A stretch of DNA of 50,123 nucleotides from assembly GCA_031265685.1 (NCBI GenBank), contig JAISCI010000029.1, positions 1 to 50,123 of the forward strand. The letters run 5' to 3'. Origin of the DNA: Clostridiales bacterium (lineage in GTDB: Bacteria; Bacillota; Clostridia; Lachnospirales; WRAX01). A program made the translations under genes and the position numbers. Positions 18,897 through 27,723 of this stretch are shown in pieces (within the stretch, counting starts at the first letter, position 1; the number at the start of each line of letters is the position of its first letter). Below the pieces are notes generated by a model. That model had not been told where the DNA came from, made no database searches, and worked only from the letters and a program-made list of their open reading frames with translations.

Positions 18897-19685
18897 AGCC
18901 GTTGCAAAACGTCCCGAAGAACATCAAATGACAGGAAGCGAAAGAAGCGCAGAACCCCGCAATACAGCCATTCTGAAACTCGATTGAGGACATTTTGGTA
19001 TATACACCGGAGATGTATAAAACGTATATTTATACATTTTATCCTAATCGGCTTTTCGGAGGGCTTTCTAGATTTCGACATTTAGAAAATTTGGTTTTGG
19101 CCAAAAAAGCTTAGAAGCACCCTGAAACGGTGTAATACCGTAATCTTGTTTTCCAGAAGAAAAAATTGATGAATTATTAACACGCATACATATGGAATCA
19201 GAGGGCTTCCGGACACAAAAAGATCGCTGACATGGATGCTACAATCAGTTTTTTGATGTCCGCAATCGACAATCCAGTATTTATGCCATCTTTTCATCAA
19301 ATAATACACTCGGCATTGTGTATAAATTTTCCGATTGCGGACATTACATAAACTGTTTCTCCATCCGATGTATTTTTGGCTTCCGGGGAAAAGCACCTCG
19401 ATTTTGAATGAATCCCCCCTCGAATTTCTTAAAAAAACGGATCCGATCGAACCGATTTCGGCGATAAAAAATAGTATTTTTTCGCGCCACATCCAAACAG
19501 CATTTTTGAGTCGGATAATTTAATGGGAGCGAGCAAACCCGCATGAACACTACGTTTGCGCGGGTTTGCTCTTTTCCTTTTTGCGCTCGCCCACGCGTCT
19601 AAAATCGGCGCGCGGTGCCAAAATGGTGCCTGAGCTTCGTAAGGTGATATAAGAAGCGGTAAGGAATTGTAAGCACTTGCGTGAT

Positions 19686-19957
19686 TTACAACTCCGTTTC
19701 ACGCCCTTTTGCCTTTTGCGGTTTTTGCTTCTCCGCTTCCTTTTCCGTCTGCCCGCCCGCCGCGTGGACGGCGGCGTGGTAGAGGTCAAGCACTTTCTTT
19801 TGCGTTCAAGCCGCACGTCCACATACCGCGCCGTGAGCGCCTCAAAGTTCATGGACAGGCCGAGCGACGCGCCGATCCCCGCGAGCGTATGCCCCAACAC
19901 TTCGCCCGTGGTGTAGAAGTCACCCGTCAACTGGTGCATATTGGTCGCCGCCGTGTG
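19686..19957 (-). pseudogene. Tyrosine integrase C-terminal fragment (frameshifted)
   Basis: HTAATNM..GEVLGHT..TARYVDV contains the (R)HT.AT, LGH and catalytic Tyr boxes; followed by direct repeat ggcacc-atttt-ggcacc (19614-19630). Confidence 0.65.
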
Positions 19958-20057
19958 CCATTATGGTATAATAGTGCCAAACCCGAATACACCAGTAATA
20001 TCAAGGTTTGCGGGTTTGGCGTTATTCTTTTTCACTCTATTCCCGAACCAAAATGGG
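19956..20057 (+). repeat. ~100-bp structured repeat, copy 1 (copy 2 at 38283-38385, minus)
   Basis: Shared ataatagYgccaaacc..aatatcaagg..ggcgttRttctttttcactctattcccgaaccaaaatggg. Confidence 0.85.
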
Positions 20058-20109
20058 CAAAACAATCTTTATCGGCGCGAGAAAGGTCAGCGTGGGGCTT
20101 GCCCGCAAG

Positions 20110-20213
20110 GAATTTTGCTTGACAGAAGTTTGCATCGCATTTTCGCTTGGATGAATTTTGCGGCTTTACGCAAAATTCTGTCAGGCGAAAATACTTCGAT
20201 TCAAGCAAACTTC
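20110..20213. repeat. Nested family-A composite (outermost right arm lost)
   Basis: gaattttgc / gaagtttgc / gcattttcgc / gaattttgc..gcaaaattc / gcgaaaatac / gcaaacttc. Confidence 0.88.
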
Positions 20214-20219
20214 ATCCAC

Positions 20220-20315
20220 ATCATGGGGCACAAGTCCGGGGACGCCGGGGAGCGGATTTACACGCACAAAACTTTACAGGAACCGCGCGAGGCCGTCGAG
20301 CTTATAACAAACTAG
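20220..20315 (+). pseudogene. Tyrosine integrase C-terminal fragment
   Basis: IMGHKSGDAGERIYTHKTLQE.REAVELI = GH..Y(T)H tail of phage integrases; hairpin aagcgggaagcc..ggcttcccgctt follows (20326-20361). Confidence 0.65.
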
Positions 20316-20409
20316 TTAACATAGGAAGCGGGAAGCCTTGTAAAATCAGGGCTTCCCGCTTGCTGCGAGTTATATTGCATGATTATTCGGGTAGAAATAA
20401 GCGATTCAT

Positions 20410-21672
20410 TTATGCGATGATAGACTTGATTTCCACCGCGATATCGTCTAAAAGCCGACGAACAAACGCCCTATCGCTTTCGCAGCCATAAATATTACAG
20501 CATATGGTACAATAGCCGTCCCATGTAGAAGCCGTCAACTGCAGATAAGGACGCGGTTTAATCGAGGCTGTCATATACGCGCGCTTAACCGGCGCGGACG
20601 CGAAACACAGCCGTTCTTTTTCCAGTACGCCCAAGTTGGTGTACGAAATAACCGGCTCGGCTACAAATTTTCTGAAACATGGCTTCAGTACCGGTAACGG
20701 CAGAAATCGGACGGCGGCGTCCCAGAGCATAACTTGTTTCAGGACGTTTTTGCCCGATTTATGCTCGCCCATCCGTGCCGAAACCTGTTTCATGGTTTCA
20801 GACAGCGAATCCCCGCCGCGGACGGTTACAGCGCACATACAATTGCCGACATAATTGCTGAATCCGATGTTTCCCGGCGGCAGAAACCGCCGCAGGTCCA
20901 TTGTCGATGGCAGCAAGACTTTTTCTGTACGCGTTTCCTTGCAAAACGCTCGGGCATAAAGCGCCATCAGAGCGTCGTTGACCGTCGCTCCGTCCGCCTT
21001 TGCGGAGCGGCGCAGCCGTCCGAAATCTTCCGCCGCTATTACCAGATTCTCCATGTAAGTTTCGTTTTGGTCTGACGCGGGGCGAGACAGTCCTTCCTGA
21101 CGGTTGGAAGAAGCGTACGCGTCGAACCTGGAGCGCAGAATCCTCAGACGCTCGCCGAATCTCACGCTCCTCAAGAGCGGTTTTGTTCCTCTGCAGCCGG
21201 GCTTTGGTACGGAAAATTCTTCGTGACGCGCGAGTTTTGTATAACAGTTGCTCAACAGGTAAAGATATGCCTTAAAACCCATACCGTCGCAAATAAGATG
21301 GCTTATAACGGCGCACATCGTATCGCCGGAGGTTTTCCTGACGACGGATATTTTAAGCGGAGGTTCGCGCGTAACTTCGACGCCGTCTGACATAATTTGA
21401 AAAACCGTTCGCTCAGCGCCGGCGTCCGCGATGATCGTCCGTACCATGTCACCGCCGTCGAAGCCCTTGTCAGCCCAGCGAGGGTATAGGCGGACTCCGT
21501 CAAAAACGCAGCCTAAAACCGGAACGGCGCGTATCGAAACTGTTACGGATTCCCGCAAAACGTCAGCGTCTAAACGACCGTCGAAATCTATTCGGCAGCG
21601 GATAAGCGGATTATAGTTCGTTATGTTTTGCAGATACATCCAAATATCAAACGCTTCCGCTTTAAGGTCCAT
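20410..21672 (-). CDS. Stand-alone condensation-domain / CoA-dependent acyltransferase-like protein
   Basis: SHLICDG (HHxxxDG variant), ATVNDALMA, MDLRRFL, SYTNLG. Confidence 0.8.
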   Translation of the reverse strand: MDLKAEAFDIWMYLQNITNYNPLIRCRIDFDGRLDADVLRESVTVSIRAVPVLGCVFDGVRLYPRWADKGFDGGDMVRTIIADAGAERTVFQIMSDGVEVTREPPLKISVVRKTSGDTMCAVISHLICDGMGFKAYLYLLSNCYTKLARHEEFSVPKPGCRGTKPLLRSVRFGERLRILRSRFDAYASSNRQEGLSRPASDQNETYMENLVIAAEDFGRLRRSAKADGATVNDALMALYARAFCKETRTEKVLLPSTMDLRRFLPPGNIGFSNYVGNCMCAVTVRGGDSLSETMKQVSARMGEHKSGKNVLKQVMLWDAAVRFLPLPVLKPCFRKFVAEPVISYTNLGVLEKERLCFASAPVKRAYMTASIKPRPYLQLTASTWDGYCTICCNIYGCESDRAFVRRLLDDIAVEIKSIIA

Positions 21673-21793
21673 TTATGCCCGCACCCTTCCGGCGGTGACG
21701 CATAATGAAACGTCTTTCATTGGGAAACTTCCCCGGACGTTTCCCTGATTATAGCGCGATACTTGTGATGCGCCGGCCAACCCCTTGCCTCCT

Positions 21794-23764
21794 CTAACTC
21801 AGCTCGCTCAAGTCAATGTAAAGATGTCCGAATTCCTCGATGTACGCTTTCCGCGCCTTCAAATTGTCGCCGAGAAGGACGTCGAACATTGTCCGCGCCT
21901 TGTACATATCGCCGGGCAGTACCGCCAGCAGCCGTCTGGTTTCCGGGTTCATCGTCGTCCGCCACATCATGTCCGGCTCGTTCTCGCCAAGACCCTTCGA
22001 GCGCTGGATCGAGTACTTTGCGAGCCGCGCCGTTATCTGCGCCTTCTCACGCTCGGTGAAGGCGAAAAACGTCTTCTTCCCGCTCGTAATCTCATAGAGC
22101 GGCGATTCCGCGATAAACACCTTTCCCTCATCAATCAGCGTCGGAACAAGCCGGTAGAACATAGTCAGTATCAGCGCGCGTATCTGGAAACCGTCCACGT
22201 CCGCGTCCGTGCAGATGATCACCTTGCTCCAGTTCAGCTTCGACAGATCGAACGAGTTCAAATCCTTGTTATGCTTAGCCTTGACCTCGACGCCGCAGCC
22301 CAGCACCCGTATCAGATCCGTTATGATGTCGGAAGCGAAAATCTTGTCGTAATCGGCTTTCAGGCAGTTGAGAATCTTCCCTCGCACGGGCATGATCGCC
22401 TGAAACTCCGCGTCCCGCGCCAGCTTGCACGCGCCCAGAGCCGAATCGCCCTCCACGATATATATCTCGCGGCGCGTCAGATCTTTCGTGCGGCAGTTGA
22501 CGAACTTCTCCACGCGGTTCTGCAGGTCGATTGATCCGGTCAGCTTCTTCTTGATGGCGGTGCGCGCTTTCTCCGCCTGCTCGCGGCTACGCTTGTTCAC
22601 GAGCGTCTGCGCCGCGATTTTATCCGCGTCGGCCTTATTCTCGATGAAATATATCGTGAGCTGCTTCTTCAGGAACTCCGACAGCGTCTCCTGGATAAAA
22701 CGGTTAGTTATGGATTTCTTCGTCTGATTCTCATAGCTCGTGACGGTGGAAAACGAGCTGACAACCAGGATCAGGCTGTCCTCGATGTCGGCGTATACTA
22801 TCTTCTTTTCGTCCTTCTTATACAGACCCGCGTTTTTAATATACGCGTCCACGGCGGACACGAAAGCGCCGCGCGCGGCCTTGTCCGGGGAACCGCCGTG
22901 CTCCAGCCAGCTGGAGTTGTGGAAATAGAAAACGGCGGCGTTGTCGTTCGAGAAACAAAACGCCGTCTCGAATTTTACGTCGTATTCGGGCTTATCCTCG
23001 CGGTCGCGTCCCCGGGCGCGTCCTTCCCACAGCACCGGCTCCGTCAGCGACTTACCGGCGGCAAGCTCGGCGATGTAGTCCGCGACGCCGCGCCCGTAGT
23101 AAAACTCCTCTGTCGTTCCGCTCGGCTCGTCCGTGAAAACAAAGCGCAGACCGGCGTTGACGATAGCTTGGCGCTTCAGCGTGTCGCGGTAGAAATCAGC
23201 CGTAACGGACACGTCGGTGAACACCTCGCGGTCGGGCCGCCACTTTATTACGGTGCCCGTAGGATGCCCCGGGGCGGGCAGGCGCGAAAGCCCGCCGACG
23301 TTCCTGCCTTTCTCGAAGCGCAGCGTGTACCGCGTATCGTCACGGTGAATCAGGACGTCCATATACTCGGAGGCGTACTGCGTCGAGCACAGCCCGAGTC
23401 CATTCAGCCCCAGGCTGAACGTGAAGCTGCCGCCGTCGTTGTTGTCGTACTTACCCCCGGCGTACAGCTCGCAGAACACAAGCTCCCAGTTGTATTTCTT
23501 CTCGACCGTGTTGTAATCCACGGGTATGCCGCGCCCGTGGTCGGCCACCGTGACCGAGTCGTCCCGGTGGCGGGTTATCTCGATCACGTCGCCGAAGCCT
23601 TCCCTGGCTTCGTCGATCGAGTTGGAGATAATCTCGAAAATCGAGTGCTCGCAGCCCTCCGCGCCGTCCGAACCGAATATAACGGAAGGTCGAAGGCGCA
23701 CGCGCTCCTCGTCCTTCAGCATTTTTATGCTGTCATTGCCGTATTCGGCGGCTTTTCTTATCAT
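21794..23764 (-). CDS. Type IIA DNA topoisomerase B subunit (GyrB/ParE-like)
   Basis: EIISNSIDE, D.GRGIP, AGGKY..GLNGLG GHKL ATPase; VEGDSA, PVRGKILN, TDADVDG Toprim; QRSKGLGE. Confidence 0.92.
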   Translation of the reverse strand: MIRKAAEYGNDSIKMLKDEERVRLRPSVIFGSDGAEGCEHSIFEIISNSIDEAREGFGDVIEITRHRDDSVTVADHGRGIPVDYNTVEKKYNWELVFCELYAGGKYDNNDGGSFTFSLGLNGLGLCSTQYASEYMDVLIHRDDTRYTLRFEKGRNVGGLSRLPAPGHPTGTVIKWRPDREVFTDVSVTADFYRDTLKRQAIVNAGLRFVFTDEPSGTTEEFYYGRGVADYIAELAAGKSLTEPVLWEGRARGRDREDKPEYDVKFETAFCFSNDNAAVFYFHNSSWLEHGGSPDKAARGAFVSAVDAYIKNAGLYKKDEKKIVYADIEDSLILVVSSFSTVTSYENQTKKSITNRFIQETLSEFLKKQLTIYFIENKADADKIAAQTLVNKRSREQAEKARTAIKKKLTGSIDLQNRVEKFVNCRTKDLTRREIYIVEGDSALGACKLARDAEFQAIMPVRGKILNCLKADYDKIFASDIITDLIRVLGCGVEVKAKHNKDLNSFDLSKLNWSKVIICTDADVDGFQIRALILTMFYRLVPTLIDEGKVFIAESPLYEITSGKKTFFAFTEREKAQITARLAKYSIQRSKGLGENEPDMMWRTTMNPETRRLLAVLPGDMYKARTMFDVLLGDNLKARKAYIEEFGHLYIDLSELS

Positions 23765-23795
23765 TCAGCGATCTCCAGTTCTTCGTTAAATACTT

Positions 23796-24968
23796 TTATT
23801 CCGGAAGCGCTTCCCCGGCGCCGTCCGCGATGTCGGCGATGTAGAACTCCGTAGGGTGCCCGACGCGGCGCTCGTACCCCTCGCCGACGCGCCGGATGAA
23901 CCCGTTCACCGCGTCTTCGGCGACGATAGCCACCGAACAGCCGCCCATTCCCGCGCCCGTCATGCGCGCGCCTATTACGCCCGGCGCCGCGAGCGATTCC
24001 TCGACCAGCGCGTCAAGCTCCGGACCCGTCACCTCATACAGGTCGCGAAGCGAATTGTGCGAAGCTATCATGAGCTTGCCGAACTCGTCAAGACGCCCCT
24101 CCCGCAGCGCGTCCACGGACATGAACGCGCGCTCGTTCTCGTAAATTACGTGCTCGGCGCGGCTGCGCTGAGCCGGCGACGGTATCAGATGCTTATAAAG
24201 CTCGAAGTCCCGCGGGTTTACGTCGCAGAGGCTCTGGATCGGCAGGCGGTTCTTGAGGTAAGAAAGCGCCGCCTGGCATTCGTACACGCGCTCGTTGTAC
24301 TTGGAATCCGTCAGCGCGCGCGGCTTTTTAGTGTTCGCGATAACTATCTTGTACCCCGGCATGTCAACGGGGACATACTCATATTTAAGCGTGTCGCATT
24401 TAAGCAGTATCGCGTGCCCCGCCTTGCCCATCGCGACGGCGAACTGATCCATTATGCCGCAGTTGACGCCGATATAATTATGCTCGACGCGCTGCGCCAG
24501 CAGAGCGGTCTCAATGCCCGACAAGCCAGCGCCCGTGAACGCGTTGAGGATAGTCGCGACCAGTACGCACACCGACGCGCTGGAACTCAGACCCGAGGCC
24601 GACGGGATATTGCCGTGGATCAGCAGGTCGAAGCCCGGTATCTTCGGATGGCCGGGCAGCTTCGTGAACTCGACCGCGACGCCCTTCGGGTTGTTAGCCC
24701 AGCCGTGCGCCTTGTCGTACCTGAGATCGTCCGCGCTCACCTCGACGCGCGTGTCGAAGTTGACCGAAGCGAGCCGGATAACGCCGTCGGAACGCTCGCG
24801 CGCGACGCCGTATGTCCCGAAAGTGAGCGCGCACGGGAACACGTAACCGCCGTTGTAGTCGGTATGCTCGCCGATCAGGTTGACCCTGCCAGGACTGAAA
24901 AACACCCGGGGATCGTCCCCCCCGCCGAACAAATCGGCGAACCGCCCCTTAAGGCTCAATATGTCCAT
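23796..24968 (-). CDS. galK: Galactokinase
   Basis: PGRVNLIGEHTDYNGG, GLSSSAS, CGIMDQF, GARMTGAGMGG. Confidence 0.95.
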   Translation of the reverse strand: MDILSLKGRFADLFGGGDDPRVFFSPGRVNLIGEHTDYNGGYVFPCALTFGTYGVARERSDGVIRLASVNFDTRVEVSADDLRYDKAHGWANNPKGVAVEFTKLPGHPKIPGFDLLIHGNIPSASGLSSSASVCVLVATILNAFTGAGLSGIETALLAQRVEHNYIGVNCGIMDQFAVAMGKAGHAILLKCDTLKYEYVPVDMPGYKIVIANTKKPRALTDSKYNERVYECQAALSYLKNRLPIQSLCDVNPRDFELYKHLIPSPAQRSRAEHVIYENERAFMSVDALREGRLDEFGKLMIASHNSLRDLYEVTGPELDALVEESLAAPGVIGARMTGAGMGGCSVAIVAEDAVNGFIRRVGEGYERRVGHPTEFYIADIADGAGEALPE

Positions 24969-24987
24969 CCTCAACACTTCCTTTAAT

Positions 24988-25014
24988 GAATTTTTCAAAA
25001 CTCACGAAAAATTC
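24988..25014. repeat. Degenerate family-A unit overlapping the stop of the upstream membrane-protein gene
   Basis: gaatttttc-aaaactcac-gaaaaattc; contains the TGA at 25004-25002. Confidence 0.6.
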
Positions 25015-26123
25015 TTATCATATTTATTACTGTCAGCATATTCCGCAGGCTCGGGAACAGTTTCGGAACCCGGCGCCTGGCCGCCGTAATCCGCGCGGAA
25101 AGCCGCGACGGAACGCTCGAAAGCTTCCGCCATACCGGCGTCGTACCCCGTTACGACGCCGGGCGCGCGGGCGGCTATCCACGCGAGAACCAGCCGCGCC
25201 CGTTCGGCGCCGCGGAATTTAAGCGAAGCCGTCCCGCCGTTCTCAAACCTCAGCCACACGGAGCCGCCGCGTATATACGCCCAAACGAGACCGGACAGTT
25301 TCCAGACACGGTAGTCAAACGCGCCGCGCCGAATGATCCAGCCGGGGTAGAACGTCCAGCTGCCCGCCGCGAACCCGTCCGAAGCCGATATAACCTCGGA
25401 GACGGCCTTGTTGACGTCCTCGGGTTCGACCCCGGCGTCTCGGCCCATCCTCCGGAAATCGCGGCACTCATACGGCGATATGACCTGCCCCAGACCCAGC
25501 GCCAGATAGAACAGCCAGAAGCACCCAAGCCCGAACACCGCCCCCCACGCGGCCTGATCCGCCCAGCGCGGAACCGTCGTATCAATTATATACGGCGCGA
25601 GAATCGCCCGCGCGGACGCGTCGTCCACCCCAAGCTGCTCGGATATGTCCGCCGCTACGCGGTCCGCCGCCAGCGCCAAAAGACCCTCGGGCTTTTCGAG
25701 CCGCCCCTGTATGTCCTTGTCGGTATACGACGGCTCGTCGTACTCAAGACCCGCCCGGACTATCACGAAACGCTCGCCCATCGCGAAAGCGTAGTATGTC
25801 GCGTCGCGTCTGCCGTTTTTCCGTTCCATGTACATCGTGTCGAACATGGCCGAGGCGCGCGCCGTCACGTGATATTTACGCCCTAAATACGCCGCCTCCA
25901 TCTGTTCGGCGGACGTTATAACCTCCGGGGCGACAAAAATATTTCCCAGATTCGGCTGAAACAGAAACGGCGAACACGCCGCGGCCAGTCCGATAAGCGC
26001 CGCGATTATCCTGCCCCGCCCGGCGCGCCGGCCCTCTCGCTTCGCGAAGTCCGGCGCCGGTCGCGAACCCTCCGTCCCGTCTGCCGGCGCGTCCGGACCT
26101 GTTTCCCGCAATTTCTCATCCAT
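25002..26123 (-). CDS. Hypothetical membrane protein (two TM segments)
   Basis: 373-aa ORF co-oriented between glyA and galK; hydrophobic segments near aa 39-55 and 195-213. Confidence 0.7.
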   Translation of the reverse strand: MDEKLRETGPDAPADGTEGSRPAPDFAKREGRRAGRGRIIAALIGLAAACSPFLFQPNLGNIFVAPEVITSAEQMEAAYLGRKYHVTARASAMFDTMYMERKNGRRDATYYAFAMGERFVIVRAGLEYDEPSYTDKDIQGRLEKPEGLLALAADRVAADISEQLGVDDASARAILAPYIIDTTVPRWADQAAWGAVFGLGCFWLFYLALGLGQVISPYECRDFRRMGRDAGVEPEDVNKAVSEVISASDGFAAGSWTFYPGWIIRRGAFDYRVWKLSGLVWAYIRGGSVWLRFENGGTASLKFRGAERARLVLAWIAARAPGVVTGYDAGMAEAFERSVAAFRADYGGQAPGSETVPEPAEYADSNKYDKNFS

Positions 26124-26181
26124 ACTATATCCGCCCCATCCCGGCTCTTGGCCTTATCTTCCAGTTCCTGTGTTCCGGCGT

Positions 26182-27408
26182 CTAGTAAATCGGCCTCTTG
26201 TTAGTCAGCTTCACGACGCGCGCCCTGGCGTCCGCCTCGCCGCCGCCTCTAAGCGCTATCGCGATTATATCGGCCACCTCGGCCATGTCGGCTTCGTCGA
26301 AACCGCGCGTCGTCACGGCGGGCGTGCCGAGCCGGATGCCGCTGGTCACGAAAGGCGACTGCGGATCGAAAGGTATGGTGTTCTTGTTGCACGTCACGCC
26401 GACGGCGTCCAGCTTCTTTTCGGCTTCCTTGCCCGTCAGCCCGGCGCCGCGCAGATCGACGAGCATGAGGTGGTTGTCGGTGCCGCCGGACACTATGTCG
26501 AAGCCGTTGGCGGTAAGCGCACCGGCCAGCGCCTTGGCGTTCGCGACGACCCGCCCGATGTAGCGCTTGAACTCGTCCGTGGCGGCTTCTTTCAGCGCGA
26601 CCGCCTTCGCCGCGACGACATGCATAAGCGGCCCGCCCTGTATCCCCGGGAATACGGCCTTGTTTATCGCCGCCGCGTTTTCCTCCCCGCAGAGGATCAT
26701 TCCGCCGCGCGGACCGCGCAGCGTCTTGTGCGTCGTCGTTGTGGTATAGTCAGCGAGGGATATCGGGCTTGGGTGGTACCCGGTCGCGACAAGCCCGGCG
26801 ATATGGGCGATGTCCGCCATCAGCAGCGCGCCGACCTCCTTGGCGATATCGGAAAACTTCTCGAAGTCGATCACGCGCGAATAGGCGCTGGCCCCGGCGA
26901 CGATCAGCTTGGGGGCGGTACGTTTCGCGAGATCGCGCAGAGCGTCGTAGTCGATACGGCCAGAGCCGTCCACGCCGTATGGCACGATATTAAAATACTT
27001 TCCGCTCATATTGACGGGACTTCCGTGGCTAAGGTGCCCGCCGTCGGAGAGGTTCATGCCGAGAACGGTATCCCCCGGCTTTATCGCCGCGAAGAACACG
27101 GCCATATTCGCCTGCGCGCCGCTGTGCGGCTGAACGTTCGCGCTGCCGGCGCCGAAGAGGGCCTTGGCGCGGCTTATCGCCAGATTTTCGGCAATGTCCA
27201 CCTGTTCGCAGCCGCCGTAGTAACGCTTCGCCGGATACCCCTCGGCGTATTTGTTCGTGAGCGGACTGCCCATCGCCGCCATAACCGCCTTCGAGACGAA
27301 GTTCTCGCTGGCGATAAGCTCAATCCCCCGCCGCTCGCGGTCAAGCTCGCCGGTTATCGCCGCCGCCAGTTCCGGATCGGCGGACGCTATCTCGTTATAG
27401 TCATACAT
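26182..27408 (-). CDS. glyA: Serine hydroxymethyltransferase
   Basis: [41 protein letters not shown]; GGGAGGA RBS before MYDYNE. Confidence 0.97.
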   Translation of the reverse strand: MYDYNEIASADPELAAAITGELDRERRGIELIASENFVSKAVMAAMGSPLTNKYAEGYPAKRYYGGCEQVDIAENLAISRAKALFGAGSANVQPHSGAQANMAVFFAAIKPGDTVLGMNLSDGGHLSHGSPVNMSGKYFNIVPYGVDGSGRIDYDALRDLAKRTAPKLIVAGASAYSRVIDFEKFSDIAKEVGALLMADIAHIAGLVATGYHPSPISLADYTTTTTHKTLRGPRGGMILCGEENAAAINKAVFPGIQGGPLMHVVAAKAVALKEAATDEFKRYIGRVVANAKALAGALTANGFDIVSGGTDNHLMLVDLRGAGLTGKEAEKKLDAVGVTCNKNTIPFDPQSPFVTSGIRLGTPAVTTRGFDEADMAEVADIIAIALRGGGEADARARVVKLTNKRPIY

Positions 27409-27459
27409 CAGGTATTCCTCCCAGTAGCGCGAATCCCCCGAGGAACTCGCATCAGGCGC

Positions 27460-27488
27460 ATTATAGCATAGGTTGGGGTAATAATCAA
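27460..27488 (-). promoter_or_regulatory. SigmaA promoter of glyA
   Basis: TTGATT-17-TATAAT with extended TG. Confidence 0.6.
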
Positions 27489-27526
27489 GGGGCAACGAAT
27501 CGCGGGAGAGGGATAAATGACAGATG

Positions 27527-27561
27527 GAATTTTGCGTGACGGAATTTCGCTTGCGAAATTC
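27527..27561. repeat. Degenerate two-level family-A composite
   Basis: gaattttgc gtga cg gaatttcgc tt gcgaaattc tg. Confidence 0.7.
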
Positions 27562-27625
27562 TGTTGCAATATGAAGTGGTTTTTTCGCCCGACGTTTATA
27601 CTCCGCGAGCCGAAGCGAGCGGCAG

Positions 27626-27654
27626 TTGACTTTTCCCCAAGTATGTGTTATCCT
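27626..27654 (+). promoter_or_regulatory. SigmaA promoter of hppA
   Basis: TTGACT-17-TATCCT with extended TG. Confidence 0.55.
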
Positions 27655-27723
27655 GCACGTGGGTTTTTTAGTTTTCCGGTTTTCGTTATCCAGTTTCTAA
27701 ATATTTAGATTGGAGGATTTGCT

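Noticed and set aside
19082-19550. ORFs in the AT-rich stretch after the LacI gene
   Set aside because: No motif or RBS; cannot be supported as genes.
27409-27460. ZTP or other riboswitch upstream of glyA
   Set aside because: Leader is only ~45 nt with one hairpin and lacks recognisable ZTP consensus.
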